This document shows, piece by piece, positions 13,023 through 26,429 of a stretch of DNA of 64,000 nucleotides. Source of the stretch: Eledone cirrhosa (Eukaryota). The stretch lies in the NCBI GenBank assembly GCA_964016885.1, contig OZ024742.1:47616001-47680000 (forward strand). Reading direction: 5' to 3'. The notes beneath the pieces were generated by a model. It searched no databases and was not told the DNA's origin. It was given only the letters and a program-made list of their open reading frames with translations. Position 1 is the first letter of the stretch, and every line of letters starts with the position of its first letter. The translations under genes and the position numbers were made by a program.

Positions 13023-15805
13023 TGGCTTTTGAAGATGTCTTATTATAAGCTCCGAAATATTTGTCTTTTTAAGTTGATTGAGGGGTGAAATAATATTGTT
13101 ACAAACTATCCACAGAGCAACATACATTGCCCTCCGAAAAGGTGACCCCATAATGTTTTTGCATTTGGGCCAAATGTTTAAAGTTTATTCTCTAAAGTTT
13201 CACACCTACAAACGTTTTATTTAAAAAAAATGGAGGCAAAGACACGCCCATCCTCTTGTAGCCAGATGCCACGTGACAACAACTGGCATTCGAGCCTAAA
13301 ATTCGACAATAACGTCACCATCACCTCCAGCAGCTCCACCACCAATACAGACACACACCCTCATTCGCAACAACAGCAAATACAAAAAAAAAAGCAAAAA
13401 AAAAAAGACAAACTTCACAAACTACACAGCAATAAGCACTGGCAACAGGAAACTGCATAATAACACCATTACAGAAAAATACGACACACGCCAACAATTT
13501 ACTCTACCTTCAAACATACAAATCATAAAAACCTCACATGTAAATTCTCCGATTCAATTGGAATCTTCCGAAAAACTCTTTAAAAGAATTTATACCGACA
13601 TTTTGGTGCGGGAGCCCACAATTATCCGGAAGGGCAGATCAACCGTCCCGGCCTCTAAAAATATCAGGTAAGTAGTCCGACCCACTTTTTCCACCTCTTT
13701 ATCCGACATGGCCTTACTCAGAACAGGCTGTGTAAATGCATGTGACATGGAGGTGTCTTGGAACCAGAGCGACCTGTTCAACGATTTCACTTCACTGGAC
13801 ATAGATGTGATGGTAATAAGCGAGACGATAATCTCAGAGGCACAAGCCTTCGCACTCATTTTCGCCGGCTATGATGTCTACGCAACTACAAACCGCCCGG
13901 GATCTGGAGTCACTGTGAGGTTTCGGAAATGCTTGGAAACCAAAATACGCACCATCTTCCTGAACCAAGAATGAAGTTACTGATGCTGGATCTGATTGAC
14001 AGCCAAGGGTTTTCCTTCAGGTGTGTGGCTGCCTATGACCCGGCAGCAGCAAGAGAGGATGAATTCTTCAGGCTCATCGAGACAATTCTATGAACGTACA
14101 CCTCTTTCGTGTTAGTGGGCGCCTGGAACTATATCGTAGATTCACTTTGGGATTGTGTGGGGCAAACAGAGAGGAGATAAACGTGTAAAATCTTCACAAA
14201 CCTGCTAAAACATTTCTCATTATCTCTGAGGTGCCGAATGGATTTCCCGAATGCGCTAATATGTACAAGGACAAACTGCATCGCGTCATACAGATCGTAT
14301 CTAGATAAGACATGTTTTTATCTGTATAATCGACTTAGATAGGCTTCGTAGAACGGGACCCAGTTACTAGAAGCTGAAGGCTTGCTTTTCCTGCACGCAA
14401 AACCTACATGGAGAAGATTAGTGAATTTGTTAAGCGGGCGTTGACGTGAGTATTCTTTAAAAAAAAAGAATATCGATTTTTCCAGAAAAGGGCAATCAGA
14501 CATATTCGAGTTTTGTAATGGAGTAGTGATAGAAAACTAGACTGGTGAGCTCGCTGGAATTCTAGTAGAGGTTCTTATTAAAGGCAACTAAACTGATGTA
14601 ATTGAGATTTATTCACGACTAATTCGTCCACGTAAAGCTCAAAGGCTGCGTTCTCAGAACTAGGGGGCCACTTCTTAAGCATGAAGTGACGAAAGCCGTT
14701 CGATTTGTCTGAGTGACGAGGGCACGGCGTTGTAACAAATCAGATTTTTGGCGGATCACGAAAGGCACATGCTACTCGAAACTAATCGGGTGTGTGCGGC
14801 TTTACAGTGTCACTTTGCTGAACTGTCCTGGTTTGTTGGGAGTGGGGGGACGTAAGATGGACTTTAGCTGCTGAGATGCATGCGGTGATGATTGAATGTA
14901 CGAGGGGCAAATTGCCTGGTTAGATTGTCTGCCCTCCGAGCTTTACATCTATATGCCAGACTTTATCGGTTACATCTTTGCAGACGTCTACTTCAACTAG
15001 GAGCAGACCTGGAGAATTCTCAGTTTTGTGTACCGTGGACTCGTGGAACTGCTGTGAAAGGACCTGAACATAATGTGGGCCTCATAACTCTGCTAAATGC
15101 AGTGTTTTGAACTTTGACCAAGGGGTTAGCGGCGGGGTTGGCACTTGTCTCTGGTTTTCTGATGCGGGAGGCGCAAAGATATGCCATCACAAATATATTC
15201 ATCCACTTGATATGATACATCATAAAGAGGGTGGATAAAAAGATTGGCAATGGTGAGGCCCTCATTAACATGGATTATGCGAAATATTTCGAGAGGTTCC
15301 ACTGGTGATACCTGACAGCAGTCATCAAGGCAGCCAGCTTCAGACCCAGTTTCAGGGACCTGGATTTCTGCAATCCACAGAGACATTTGCTCTGTGGTTA
15401 GAATGGACCATTTACTTTATGCGTTCGGTCCGCCACTATTGTCCTCTCTCGTCTGTTTTTTTTACGTACTAATACTCGAGTCATTATTACGCAAATTGGA
15501 GTCGTTGAGAGTGACTGAGTATGCTTGAGTACTGACGTGTTCTGACTTTGCCTCTGTATGTAGGAGGAGAAAGACCGAGAGAGGGTACAATCCTTAGCTG
15601 TCAGGGTCACCGCGAATTTTCGTGGGCTTTCTCCATGTGTGACATGCGGAATTCCCTCAACTTATTTATCTTCCTGGGTTTTTACATATTCTCCTTGTTT
15701 TAGTTAAAACATTTTACACGCTAAAGTCCACACTATACTGTACTGTGCTGGCATGTGCTGTCCGTATTTTTTTCCTTATTTGAGTCCTGCGTGGCTAATA
15801 AAGAA

Positions 15806-15844
<39 letters not shown>

Positions 15845-15845
15845 T
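13023..15845 (+). mobile_element. Degenerate Tx1/L1-clade LINE (copy A)
   Basis: ORF2 start MALLRTGCVNA..DVMVISET (APE endonuclease) at 13708; RT remnants; 3' end gtggctaataaagaaa(tta)n. Confidence 0.8.
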
Positions 15846-16040
15846 TGGCAGTATTGGTAGGGCGTCAGACAACATGCTTTGCAGCATAGAGTTATGGCGC
15901 TTTACGTTCTGAGTTCAAATCCGCCTTACGCAGTGATAAAATAAAGCACCAGTAACGTACTGGGACGATTTAATCGACTTTCACCTTCCCCCAAATTACT
16001 GGCCTTGTGTCTATACTAGAAATCATCATTATTATTATTA
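15846..16040 (+). mobile_element. tRNA-derived SINE (long variant, internal deletion)
   Basis: ttggcagtattggtagggcgtcagac head, B-box, tail ggccttgtgtctatactagaaatc(att)n. Confidence 0.8.
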
Positions 16041-16042
16041 TT

Positions 16043-16228
16043 TTGGCAGTATCGGTAGAGCGTCAGACAACATGCTTTGCACCATAGAGTAATGGCCCTT
16101 TATGTCCTGAGTTCAAATCCCGCCGAAGTTAACTATGCCTTTCATCCTTACGGGGTCGATATAATAAAGCACCAGTAATACACTGGTATAATTGCTGACC
16201 TTGTGCCAATAAGTAGAAACAATTATTT
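16043..16228 (+). mobile_element. tRNA-derived SINE (main family)
   Basis: Head, B-box, core and tail all present. Confidence 0.88.
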
Positions 16229-16234
16229 GTTATT

Positions 16235-19200
16235 GGTGTGATCGGACGTTGTTTTGCTCGCTCTCGTAATTTTGTTATTTACCTGTCATAAATCATTTAT
16301 CGTAAATTTTTGTTCTCGTGAAAGGGACATAAGCCGTTGGACTTTGCCCTGTGAAGGGGAAATTATCATACTTGGGACTTTTGTTCCAAATATTTGAACT
16401 TTGTTTAAAACAAAATATTTTTTTTTTCGTAGAAATTTGAGTCTGCTGTCATCTAACAGCAGTTTAAACGTTGTTGAGAATAACGCTTCCCCTCCCACAA
16501 CAAATATGAACACTAACACCACATTAGGCAGTATAGCCAACAGCAGCACCAACAACAACAACACAAACAATAACGACAACACCACCAACAGCAGCAACGG
16601 CGACAATAACACCGACAACAGTGAAAATACAAATGTGAAGAAAAATGACAACACCAGTGATAGTAGCAATAACGACAACAGCAACATCACCAAGAAGAAC
16701 AACGACAACACCACCTACAATAATAAGAACAGTAGCAACAACAAGAACAATTTCGCTGAGGCAGCAGCCAAAAGGAGGCCATGATTCTGCATTGACCTCA
16801 CGAATAAAAATGAAAAGTTGGCACAGGCCTGGAAGCTCATCAAACAAGAGCAAACCTGGGCCAACTTAACTGTCCCGACAGACGCCATTGCAGCAGTGGA
16901 GCGTTAAACGGTTCATTTCAGATGCATCTCAGCAGAAACAAAGAAGGGGGGGGGGGCTTTAATTGACAGGCAGATGATGAAGCCACACTGAGGTACATCA
17001 GGTACGACACATAGCGAGGGGAAGACAATACGGCACCATTTTGGTGCTTTTTAAGTCAGAAGCCCTCGCTGTAAAACATGCAATGACCCCTTGCAAAACC
17101 AGCAAGGTCATAAGGTACCCCGATCACATGGGAACACGAACATCTCATCTCCGCATTCCCATGATCCCATCAGGACCACTTGTGGTTGCTCCTGGCACAT
17201 GTAATTGTGGAGGGGACCGATACCGTCCCGTTAGATGTCCCAAGGACTGCTAGGAAGGACTTGTCTGTGGTTCACCTGGAGATACTTCTCTAGATTAGGC
17301 CTGAGAATGTAAAAACTATCCCGTACCACATACAACTTCAGAACGGGATGGTGCTACATATAATATCTGAGGGCAAAAGGCTGCATTGTTTCGTTTGCGG
17401 AGTAACAATCCATTTGCGAGCCTTCGCCCTCAACTGCTGAAAGGTGCAAGGGGTCGAATAGCTCCACTGCTGCCGACACTGGGGCGAGGAGCACCACCGC
17501 CATCAGCACCGACAAAACCACCATACAACACCAACTTTTGTCACCCAGAGGGGAAACGAGGAAAGCTGTCCAATCCCCCCCCCCCATAATATACACATAA
17601 AAACATAAATACACACATACACACTTACAGCCCCATACCATTAATCTTCCAATAGTGAAGATGAGGCAAAACCACCACAGTCACGCAAACAAATAAAACC
17701 GCACCAAAAAAACATGTGCTAGCGGCGAGAATGCCATTACACCATTTCTTCAATGCGAAACAAGAATGTTCTGCGGTCAAGCTAAGACACGTGTTCTGAG
17801 AAACGAGGGAACCAAAGCTGTTCGGTGGGGCCGTGTTGCAGAGGCACAGCGTGGTAATAAACCACACCAGCCGAGCGATTCCAGGCGGATGTGTGAGGCC
17901 TTTCGGCAGCAATTGCTATATTGTTCGTGGGGTGTGGTGGGTCAGAGATAGTAGTGGACTTCATTCCCTACCTTGACGGCTTGCCGCACCTCTTGACGGC
18001 CGACGCTGAGTGCTGAGAAAGACCGATAACTTCAATCGAATTTAAGGATGTACTTTGTCGGCTGCACGAGGCGCAAGTCAACCAGTTTGGACGGTCTGCC
18101 TTACGACCTTTATGTAAATATGTCAGATTTGTTCTCCGATGTCCTTGAAGCGCTCTACTGCAACTGACAGCAGAACCGGAGTATTTCCAATGCTGTAAGA
18201 CTGGGTGTCGTGACACTGATAAGAATAGACGAGAAAAGTGGTGTTAGCGAAGAGGTTGGCGCTTGTAGTTGGAAATGTGGCTGGAGAGGCGCAAACTTGT
18301 GCAATCCTGACCAGGTCTATACACGACAACCTCTATCTCATGCGATACATCATAGAGAAGATAGGGTATAAACCTGGCTTCGGTGGGGCTCCGATCAATT
18401 CGGTAGGTTCAACCATTGATACGTGGAGGCTGTCTTCAAGGTAGCTGGCTTCGGCCCCGTCTTCAGTAGCTGGATCGCTGCAATGCACAGCGGCATCTGT
18501 TCGGTAGTCAAAGTTAATGACCACCTCTCGGAAATGATTCAGATCTCTCGATCGGTCCGTCAAGGGTGCCCTCTCTCCTCCCTTCTGTACGTATTGATTC
18601 TCGAGCCCTTACTCAGGAAGCTCGAGTTGGTTGAGGGTATCCAGATCGAATCCGGACGCGGAAAGTCTGTGTCAAATTATGCGAAAAACATCACTGTGAG
18701 GATGTCGGACACCTCGGAAATCGAGGTGGTCACCACCTTATTAGAAGAATATGAAAGAATACGAAACTTAACACGGAAAGGTCGGTGGCTTTGCAGCTTG
18801 GCACCTGGAGAAACAAGTCCATGCCGTCCAACAGCGTCGTTGGCGTGAGATGGACGGACAGGCAAAACTACTCCTATTTAGTTTCGGCTCAGACCTCCAG
18901 GGGGATAAGAATTTGGGACGAGGTGACGATGAGGGAAGCGAGTCTGTCCCTGACATGGGTTGCGAGGAAGCTGTAACTAAAATTCGGTTGTAGGTGGCGA
19001 ATGCGTACATAAGCTATGCTATCTACTACCGTCTGACCGTCGGGTATTGCTCCCGTCCGCGCCTCACTAACATGGACCGCTTCCTCTTCAACTCTTGTGG
19101 ATGGGACAGGTTCCGTTGGTGAGGCGATCCTACCTACACGGAGCGCTGGGCATGCCGTAGCTAATGTGGCGCAGACATACGCTGATGCTGCGGCATCTCC

Positions 19201-20293
19201 AGATATTCTGCCTAAACTGTGAACTGGTGTGGTCAACATTTGTCAGACGGGCTTTTCGACAGCTCATGTCTTTGACTGAGCTGTAGTCCTGGACCAAGTA
19301 GAGACCAAGACTGGGTGACTGGCATCTGGAATGTTGCCAGGCACTCACTGCCCTCTACCAGGTGAGCAATCCAGTCAGTTGAACTTCCACTTTTGAGTTC
19401 TTTAGAGGATTAGAGGTGGGCAAGTGCGACGTCAAAATCGGCGAGGCTCTAGGCGTCGACGAGGTCGAATTAACCAGTCTGTTCCGGAGGACTTTCAAGC
19501 AGGACACCATGGATAATTTCCAGAAATCCATCGCTTCGCATAGCTACCGGGAGTGGTACTGCCGATTTGGGATAAACTCTACAGGCACAGAATTGCTGTC
19601 AGACAGACTTGACCGAGATGAGAGCAGAGTAACGAAATCATTCTGCACGCATTCGTCCAATGTCCATTCATTACTGACTTGTGGAGTTATGTCGATAAGC
19701 TGTTGTCACGTGTAGAACGGATCCGGCTATCGGCCGAGTTCATAGCGAAGCTCGACCCACCGCCTCCTTAGGACCAGGAAGGAAGGAGAGGGAATTTTCC
19801 TCTGCCTGGTGGCAGTTGCGAAAGAGTTTGTATGGTGGACCAGGTTGAAAGGACTGAAAACAGATACGTTTCTCTTCGGCCAATCCCTCATTAACCTTTT
19901 TGAATTTTCGCTTGGAAAGGAAGGTGAAGATGCAGTGAGAAGTGCTGCCTCCCAGAACATTTGCTGAAAAGTGGGGCAATGTGTTGCGGGAATAGCCCGT
20001 GTGAGTGGGCCTACTCCGATCATGCGACTGTAGGTTGAGGAGAGGGGTGCTCTAGAAGAGTTGGGTGGTTCAGGATTATAGGGTACTTGTGTTGCCCCTG
20101 GGTCGTTCACTCCCTATTGGGGAAATTATTTTCTTATTTTTATACAGTTTAATTTTATATTTTTTTCATTGTTAAATTGGTTTTGTTATTTTTGCATTTT
20201 TACTCAGTCTTATTGTAAACACCCACTTTCCGTGTCTTTGTATCGTCTTTTACATGTTGTCCCTTGTGGCCAATAAATGAAATCATTATTATT
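16235..20293 (+). mobile_element. Tx1/L1-clade LINE (copy B), endonuclease region deleted
   Basis: Asn-rich ORF1 remnant from ~16400; jump into ORF2 near 17715; RT motif RSVRQGCPLSSLLYVLILEPL; 3' end cccttgtggccaataaatgaaatcattatt. Confidence 0.88.
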
Positions 20294-20665
20294 AATTGTT
20301 TTATTACAAAATTAATGATTTCTTATATTTTTAAGTAATGATTTATTTTATTAATGAGTTTGGTTTTGCTCTTGCTGATGCTATTCTCGCTGAATTGTTT
20401 TATCTTCTGTTCATCCTTCAAATATTTCGCTTCGTTTAATATTGATGGAATTAACTTCTATTTTTGTTTAAATTAGAAAACAAGCGAGAAAATATTTCTC
20501 TTCAGAAACCATTAAAAAGTCTCTTTATTACGAAATTCTATTTCTGTTTACGGTTAATTGCAGTTTGAAGCCCAGTAAACTGTTTCCTTATTCTTTTCTT
20601 CTTGGCATGCCATCTAACAAATGAAGCACCATTTCATAAACAGTGTCTCAATGCGATCGCCCTAC

Positions 20666-20764
20666 CTGCTGGAGATAACAGTTTACAAATGAAAATAGTG
20701 CTGAAACAAACGAGGATGGATGTAGGCTGTAACACATTTCATTATAGTGTTCATTCAGTATGAA
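20666..20764 (-). other. Possible 99-nt host exon
   Basis: Minus: poly-T + gtag acceptor, 33 open codons FILNEHYNEMC..CYLQQ, donor CAG|gtaggg; no homology recognised. Confidence 0.25.
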
Positions 20765-20988
20765 CTACAAAAAAAAAAAAAAAAATTATATATCTTCATG
20801 TGGAACATAACTTAATGAGAGGTAAATTGAAGTGTTCACAGACTTAGCGTATCTTTGGCTCTCATTACTGTGATGTTGCCAGTGACGGTTTAAATATCCA
20901 TTTTAGATTAATCAAACTAATATTAGTGAGATTTGGACTGTTGAATTTTCACTGCATACAAAGCCAGACACAATAGAATAACCATATA

Positions 20989-21177
20989 TAATTGTTTCTA
21001 TTTTTGGCACAATGCCAGCAATTATCCCAGTACGTACTGGTGCTTTATTTTATCAACCCCGTAAGGATTAAAAGCAAAGTTAACCTTGGCGGGATTTGAA
21101 CTCAGGCCATAAAGAGGCGTAACTCTATGCTGCAAAGCATGGTGTCCGACGCTCTACCCATACTGCCAATCCATCCC
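20989..21177 (-). mobile_element. tRNA-derived SINE (main family)
   Basis: Reverse complement of the family consensus; attatatat on both flanks. Confidence 0.88.
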
Positions 21178-22442
21178 TAATATATAATAACGACTGTCTT
21201 GGTTTGTTTGTTGGTCCGGTGTCAGATGTCACACTTGACAACATATAAAATGAGGGAATTGGAGAGTAAACGAGTAATAGAGAGGGAATTGACATACAGT
21301 AATTTACATACCGACTAAAGAGACAGGTAACTAAGGAAAGAGGTAGACGAGTCCGTACACACGCACACAGGTTTACATGTAATTGTTGTCTATTTGGACG
21401 ACATGAATGTTTGTTCTTAAGTTATATATTTTGATCATCTCTGTATTAAAGAATGCGACAAGCATATATCAAAATATACATCACTTTACTTAAAATATTT
21501 TTCATAATCTTACAAATAGATGCTTTATTTAATACATTATTTATAGTGATTTTATGTGAGCAGTGAACTACACTGTGTAAGCCAAATACAAGAGTAGTAC
21601 ATATAAACGTTTTTTTTAAAATTTAGTTATCCACAAAATCAATCGCATACTCTCAAAATTATTTGACATTTGACGAGTAACATTCTCGTCAACTATAATA
21701 TTAATTGACAAGTCATAATTATATTTCATGTTAGTAAATTTTTTAGAAAAGAAAAAAAAAACAAAAGATTAATCTTTCACTTTATGAAAGTAGTGAAAAA
21801 CACAGCTAATGTTAAGCTCTTGTAGATTCGAAACCGTAACTCGATGCTCGTTGTTTGATTACAAATGTAGATATTTGGCATTTATGTTTATACAACATTG
21901 GTGACACTAATATCTGTTAGACACGCAGTGACTAACAACAGGATGTTTTAAGTATGCGTGTCTGTGATGACATAATGTGATGATGACATACATGCGTAGC
22001 TTGTGAATAGAAAATTCAAGGGGTATCACTGGCCGTGGTGATGCCTCCTAAACATCTTTTGTAATGTATCGTCTTATTGGCTATTTCATCGTCTTATTGG
22101 TAATCCACCAACGAGAGTAATTGTTGCTCAAAAGCATCCGCCACATTGTTTCCACGTTTATTTATCCTTTCGCTTTCGAATCTTCCTCCAGTATTTCGTC
22201 GTTTTATCATCAAAATATTTTTCTCGTTTTGGTAAGTTATATTGTTAATTTATACATGATTTTTTAAATTTATATTAACTATTAAAAGTCTGAAAATAGT
22301 TCTATACATCTTACAATAATATTTATAAGATCATTTATAAAATGACAATTATATTATCTAATTACATTACAACGATAATTTATTATTAATATATATCATG
22401 TCTAACTAGAGTTATTACAAACGTTACCCTTAAACAATATTA

Positions 22443-22891
22443 AACTAGACCTGAAAAATGTGCAAACTCAAAAGAGCCACAGAATGTTATAATAAACCTT
22501 CAAAAGTGTGGGACTAGAGTTGTTGGTCAAAAATATTGTAATCATTATCTATCGTACACTCTGTGGCATCCTCTTATAAAAAAGAGACTCATAACGCACT
22601 CAAGGCGACACGATAATTATTTAAGCGAATTTATAATATAGAATTCGGTTTAAGTGCATTTCGTATTAATCATTACTAAACATCTAATATGAGATATTGA
22701 ACATTAGCTTAAATAATTATCGTGTCGTCTTGAGTTCGTTATGAGTCTCTAATGTTATAAAAGGATGCGACAGAGTGTACGATAGATATGGATTACAATA
22801 TTTTTTAGCAACAACTCTAGTCCCACACTTTTGAAGGTTTATTATAACATTATGTGGCTCCTTTGAGCTTGCGCATTTTTCAGGTCTAGTT
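22443..22891. repeat. Long inverted repeat / fold-back MITE-like element
   Basis: Arms 22443-22626 and 22707-22891 are near-perfect reverse complements; ~80-bp spacer. Confidence 0.85.
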
Positions 22892-24570
22892 ATATTATTA
22901 GTGTCCGTTTACAGTTGTCAACTGAAAGGAATTGGTATGTTACTGTATGTGTTGTTAAAAGCATTGACGAAGTTTGGAATGAAAATCACATAAAACCAAA
23001 ATAATATAAAGCGTTTTAACATGATGTTTTACTGTATTTAATTCTGCATATATGTCTGCATAAACGTTCCTAAAATTATAAATTTCTTTTCACAATTATC
23101 TATTAAATGATATTTATTTTTTGAAGTCATAAATCAGTTGTATGCTTCGATTATTGGGACACATTTACCTCTGAATATATAAACAAAAATAAACTTAAAC
23201 AGTTTTCCTCGAAAGAATGATGGAATATATTAATCTTGAACTCAACCAAGACGTGTAGCAATGGACACAGGAAAATATTAGTCGCGCAATATGGATAATG
23301 CACCACAATACATTTAACGAATTTTAGTCGAACATACCGAACTCTCAGTAATCACACATTCCATAGGATTGAATACAATTATCAGATTCCTTAAACCTAA
23401 CCAGTTAATGTTTCCCGCTCTATCTTATTTTCAGTGTCAACGTCATTTTTAATGCACTCGTTTTATAAAAAAATACAAGTGTTTCATATATAAGTGCTTT
23501 ATTTAGATGGATCTCCGTGTTGAAAAAAAAAAAAAGGCGGCAGAAAATAGAAATCAAAGAAAATGTAAACTGAACAAAAGAGAAATTGATTACAAACTCA
23601 GAGTTCATTGAACATTTCATTTTGAAAGCAACTACTTATATATTTATGGAACCAAAACAGTGGAGAAATTTATGGATTTATCCACGTAATATTATATTCA
23701 GTGATTGACTGAGCAGCATAAATTAATTAACACTAAAAATAAAACATAAAAATGTCTATGCAAGTATCAACCCCAATACAAAAATAAATATAAAATAATC
23801 TGAACGAACATAATCTATCATACTAAAATTGATTTGTATGGGGTAGAACTCGATGAGAAAAAAATAATAAACTAAAACGTAAAATGTAAAAGAGATCTTA
23901 GAACGTGATCTAACGATGGTGATAATTATTAGTATGTGTATTTAATAATGAGTTGCGTACCAAAAATTATATGTACATTCATAGTATCATTTTGGTTATC
24001 TAAGAATAAACCTGATTGTATACAGAGAAATTCATGACAAGTTAACACAATATGAAATCTAAAATTAATGTGCCGTCGCCGTTAATTTTAGTATCACTAA
24101 TAATTAATGAGAAGGATCATTGTCACGTAATAACTTCTCATGAGACGTCATTGAAGTTGACGTTCATTATCAAGGTTCCGGTGTGAGAAAAAATAGGGTA
24201 TGTACTATACTTACATTTAAATCCGACGGTTCATTTTGAAAACAGCGGCCTAGATCTACCAAATATTGGAAAATTTACGTCTCATATAGAGTTGAAACAT
24301 ATCCTATTGAGGAGGAGTCCATCTAAGGACAAGGAATCTAAAACAAAATTCCCCATCTCATTTTAGGTTGAATAAAACATTTTTCAATTCTAATTTAATA
24401 ACCCAGCAAATCCCAGGTCCTAAATATCATATGAATTAAACAAATCAAATATTTCAAGGGTTACAAATTAAGAAGAAGAAATAGACTATAGAAACGACAC
24501 AAAGACATGACGATTTCGTAATTTCGTAATCAACATTGGTTAAGGTCTTAACAATCAGGGTTCGGGAAAC

Positions 24571-24621
<51 letters not shown>

Positions 24622-25532
24622 TTTAAAAAATGAAAAAAAATGACTTCACTTGTAGTTCTAAACAATTTTATTTAATTTTATATTTTGATTTTTACCATTT
24701 GGTTTTGTAGAATTAGTAAGTTCTTTGTTAATTTCGGTGGGGAGATTTTTAAAGATTCCTGGTTAAATTTGTCCCATTCGTCGGTGGCGAATGTCAAACT
24801 GAGATCAGGTTGTGTTGTGATGTGTGACTCTATAAATAATAGAGATTCAGGTGTGTCTTGGGAGGGGTTGTTAATGGCTGAAGGAGTGTTGATGTAGGAA
24901 TTAAAGCATATATATATATATATATATATATGCACAATAAAGTATGTCCATAGAATAATTTGATAAAATATATACATTATCTCCTCTCCCAATCAACATA
25001 ATCAACCACACAAAAAAACAATTAAACAAGGCTATAAGATTATAAGGCACCTATGAAGAAATAATAGATAAATAAACGTCAGCTATCTATCCGCGATCAA
25101 CAGCTATAGAATATTTACCCAGCATTTCTAATAGCACGTGGAAATCGATTAAATATATCGTCAACCATACACGATTAGGTATAAAATCAAAGTTAGAAGA
25201 AAAAATGTATATAAACATACCGAAATTATGTTTCTACCCCATGAGATTTTATTCGCTTTTTGTAAATATCTGATCAAGGATAAATTCACGAGTTTCGAAA
25301 TCATCAGGAAACAGACTCATTTGGACGAAGATTTTTCTTAAATGACCCCCGCCAGAAATGAATTCAAAATGGCTAAGAGCTGTGAGGTGGCAGTGGTCAA
25401 GTCAGAAAGAATGTGATTGGTGCGTTACGGCGAGTGTTGCTAGAAAGCGCAGCCAAATACTGCCTAAATTGCATCTCAACCATATGGGAGATTTTCAAAT
25501 ATAAAGATTTACATATATTTCACTAGACAAAG

Positions 25533-25627
<95 letters not shown>

Positions 25628-25702
25628 GCTACCATTCACGATGTGTCTCAATGACGAATTAATTAATTAAATAATCAACAATCAGAGCAATATACAATAA
25701 AG

Positions 25703-25739
<37 letters not shown>

Positions 25740-25743
<4 letters not shown>

Positions 25744-25871
25744 TCTGAAGACAGCATATATATGTGTATGTATGTATATTCCCTCTGATAGTTTGTAAAA
25801 CTTTTACATAGATCTATATGATATACATACCAACACACACATATGTATCCTAGAAACGATCGTAAAATGAT
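25740..25871 (+). ncRNA. Hammerhead ribozyme with ~100-nt stem II
   Basis: CTGAAGA at 25745, long self-complementary insert, GAAA at 25853, palindromic cgatcg, TA, aaatgat; 5' strand of stem I partly replaced by (TA)n. Confidence 0.65.
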
Positions 25872-26429
25872 GAATTTTTTAATATAAGGAACTGTTTCTT
25901 TGTTTTTATTCATTGTTTTTATTAATTTATCTTCACTCTGTTTTTCTGTGTTTTTCATCGAAAAAATGTTGTATACATCTTCTCTTTTCATGATATTTGG
26001 ATTACATTGAGTTCTTCATACGGATTGTACACTACGGTATATTTAGGTAGATTTATCTATTTATATATATATATATATATATGTATACAGAAAATAATGA
26101 ATGGTAACAGCGAGATAATTGATTGGGAGTGAGTTGGTGTGTTTAAAAAGGCGTTGTAAAAGTGCCCTATTGGTGCCCTATTGGTTCCATTTCAATAAAT
26201 GGCCTTCGATAAATATAATGGCAGGATGTTTTTCAAGTTTTTTCTTCTAGCTGAATCAACTAAATTAAATTTATAAATAATACCTTCAACAATTTTCTAT
26301 ATTATTGAATTTGGGTGTGCGTCTGGTGGTGGTGGTGGTGGGGTTAATGAGGTTTATGATACATGTCTTTTGTTAAAAATAGGATGACAGCAATTAGAAA
26401 AATAAGGATAGTTTTGGAATATTATATCT

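Noticed and set aside
16286-16853. Leu/Val-rich membrane-like minus-strand ORFs (also 30250-30669)
   Set aside because: Antisense of the Asn-rich LINE ORF1 repeats
25280-25310. Minus-strand CTGATGA-tttc-GAAA
   Set aside because: No room for stem II and no valid UH site with stem I
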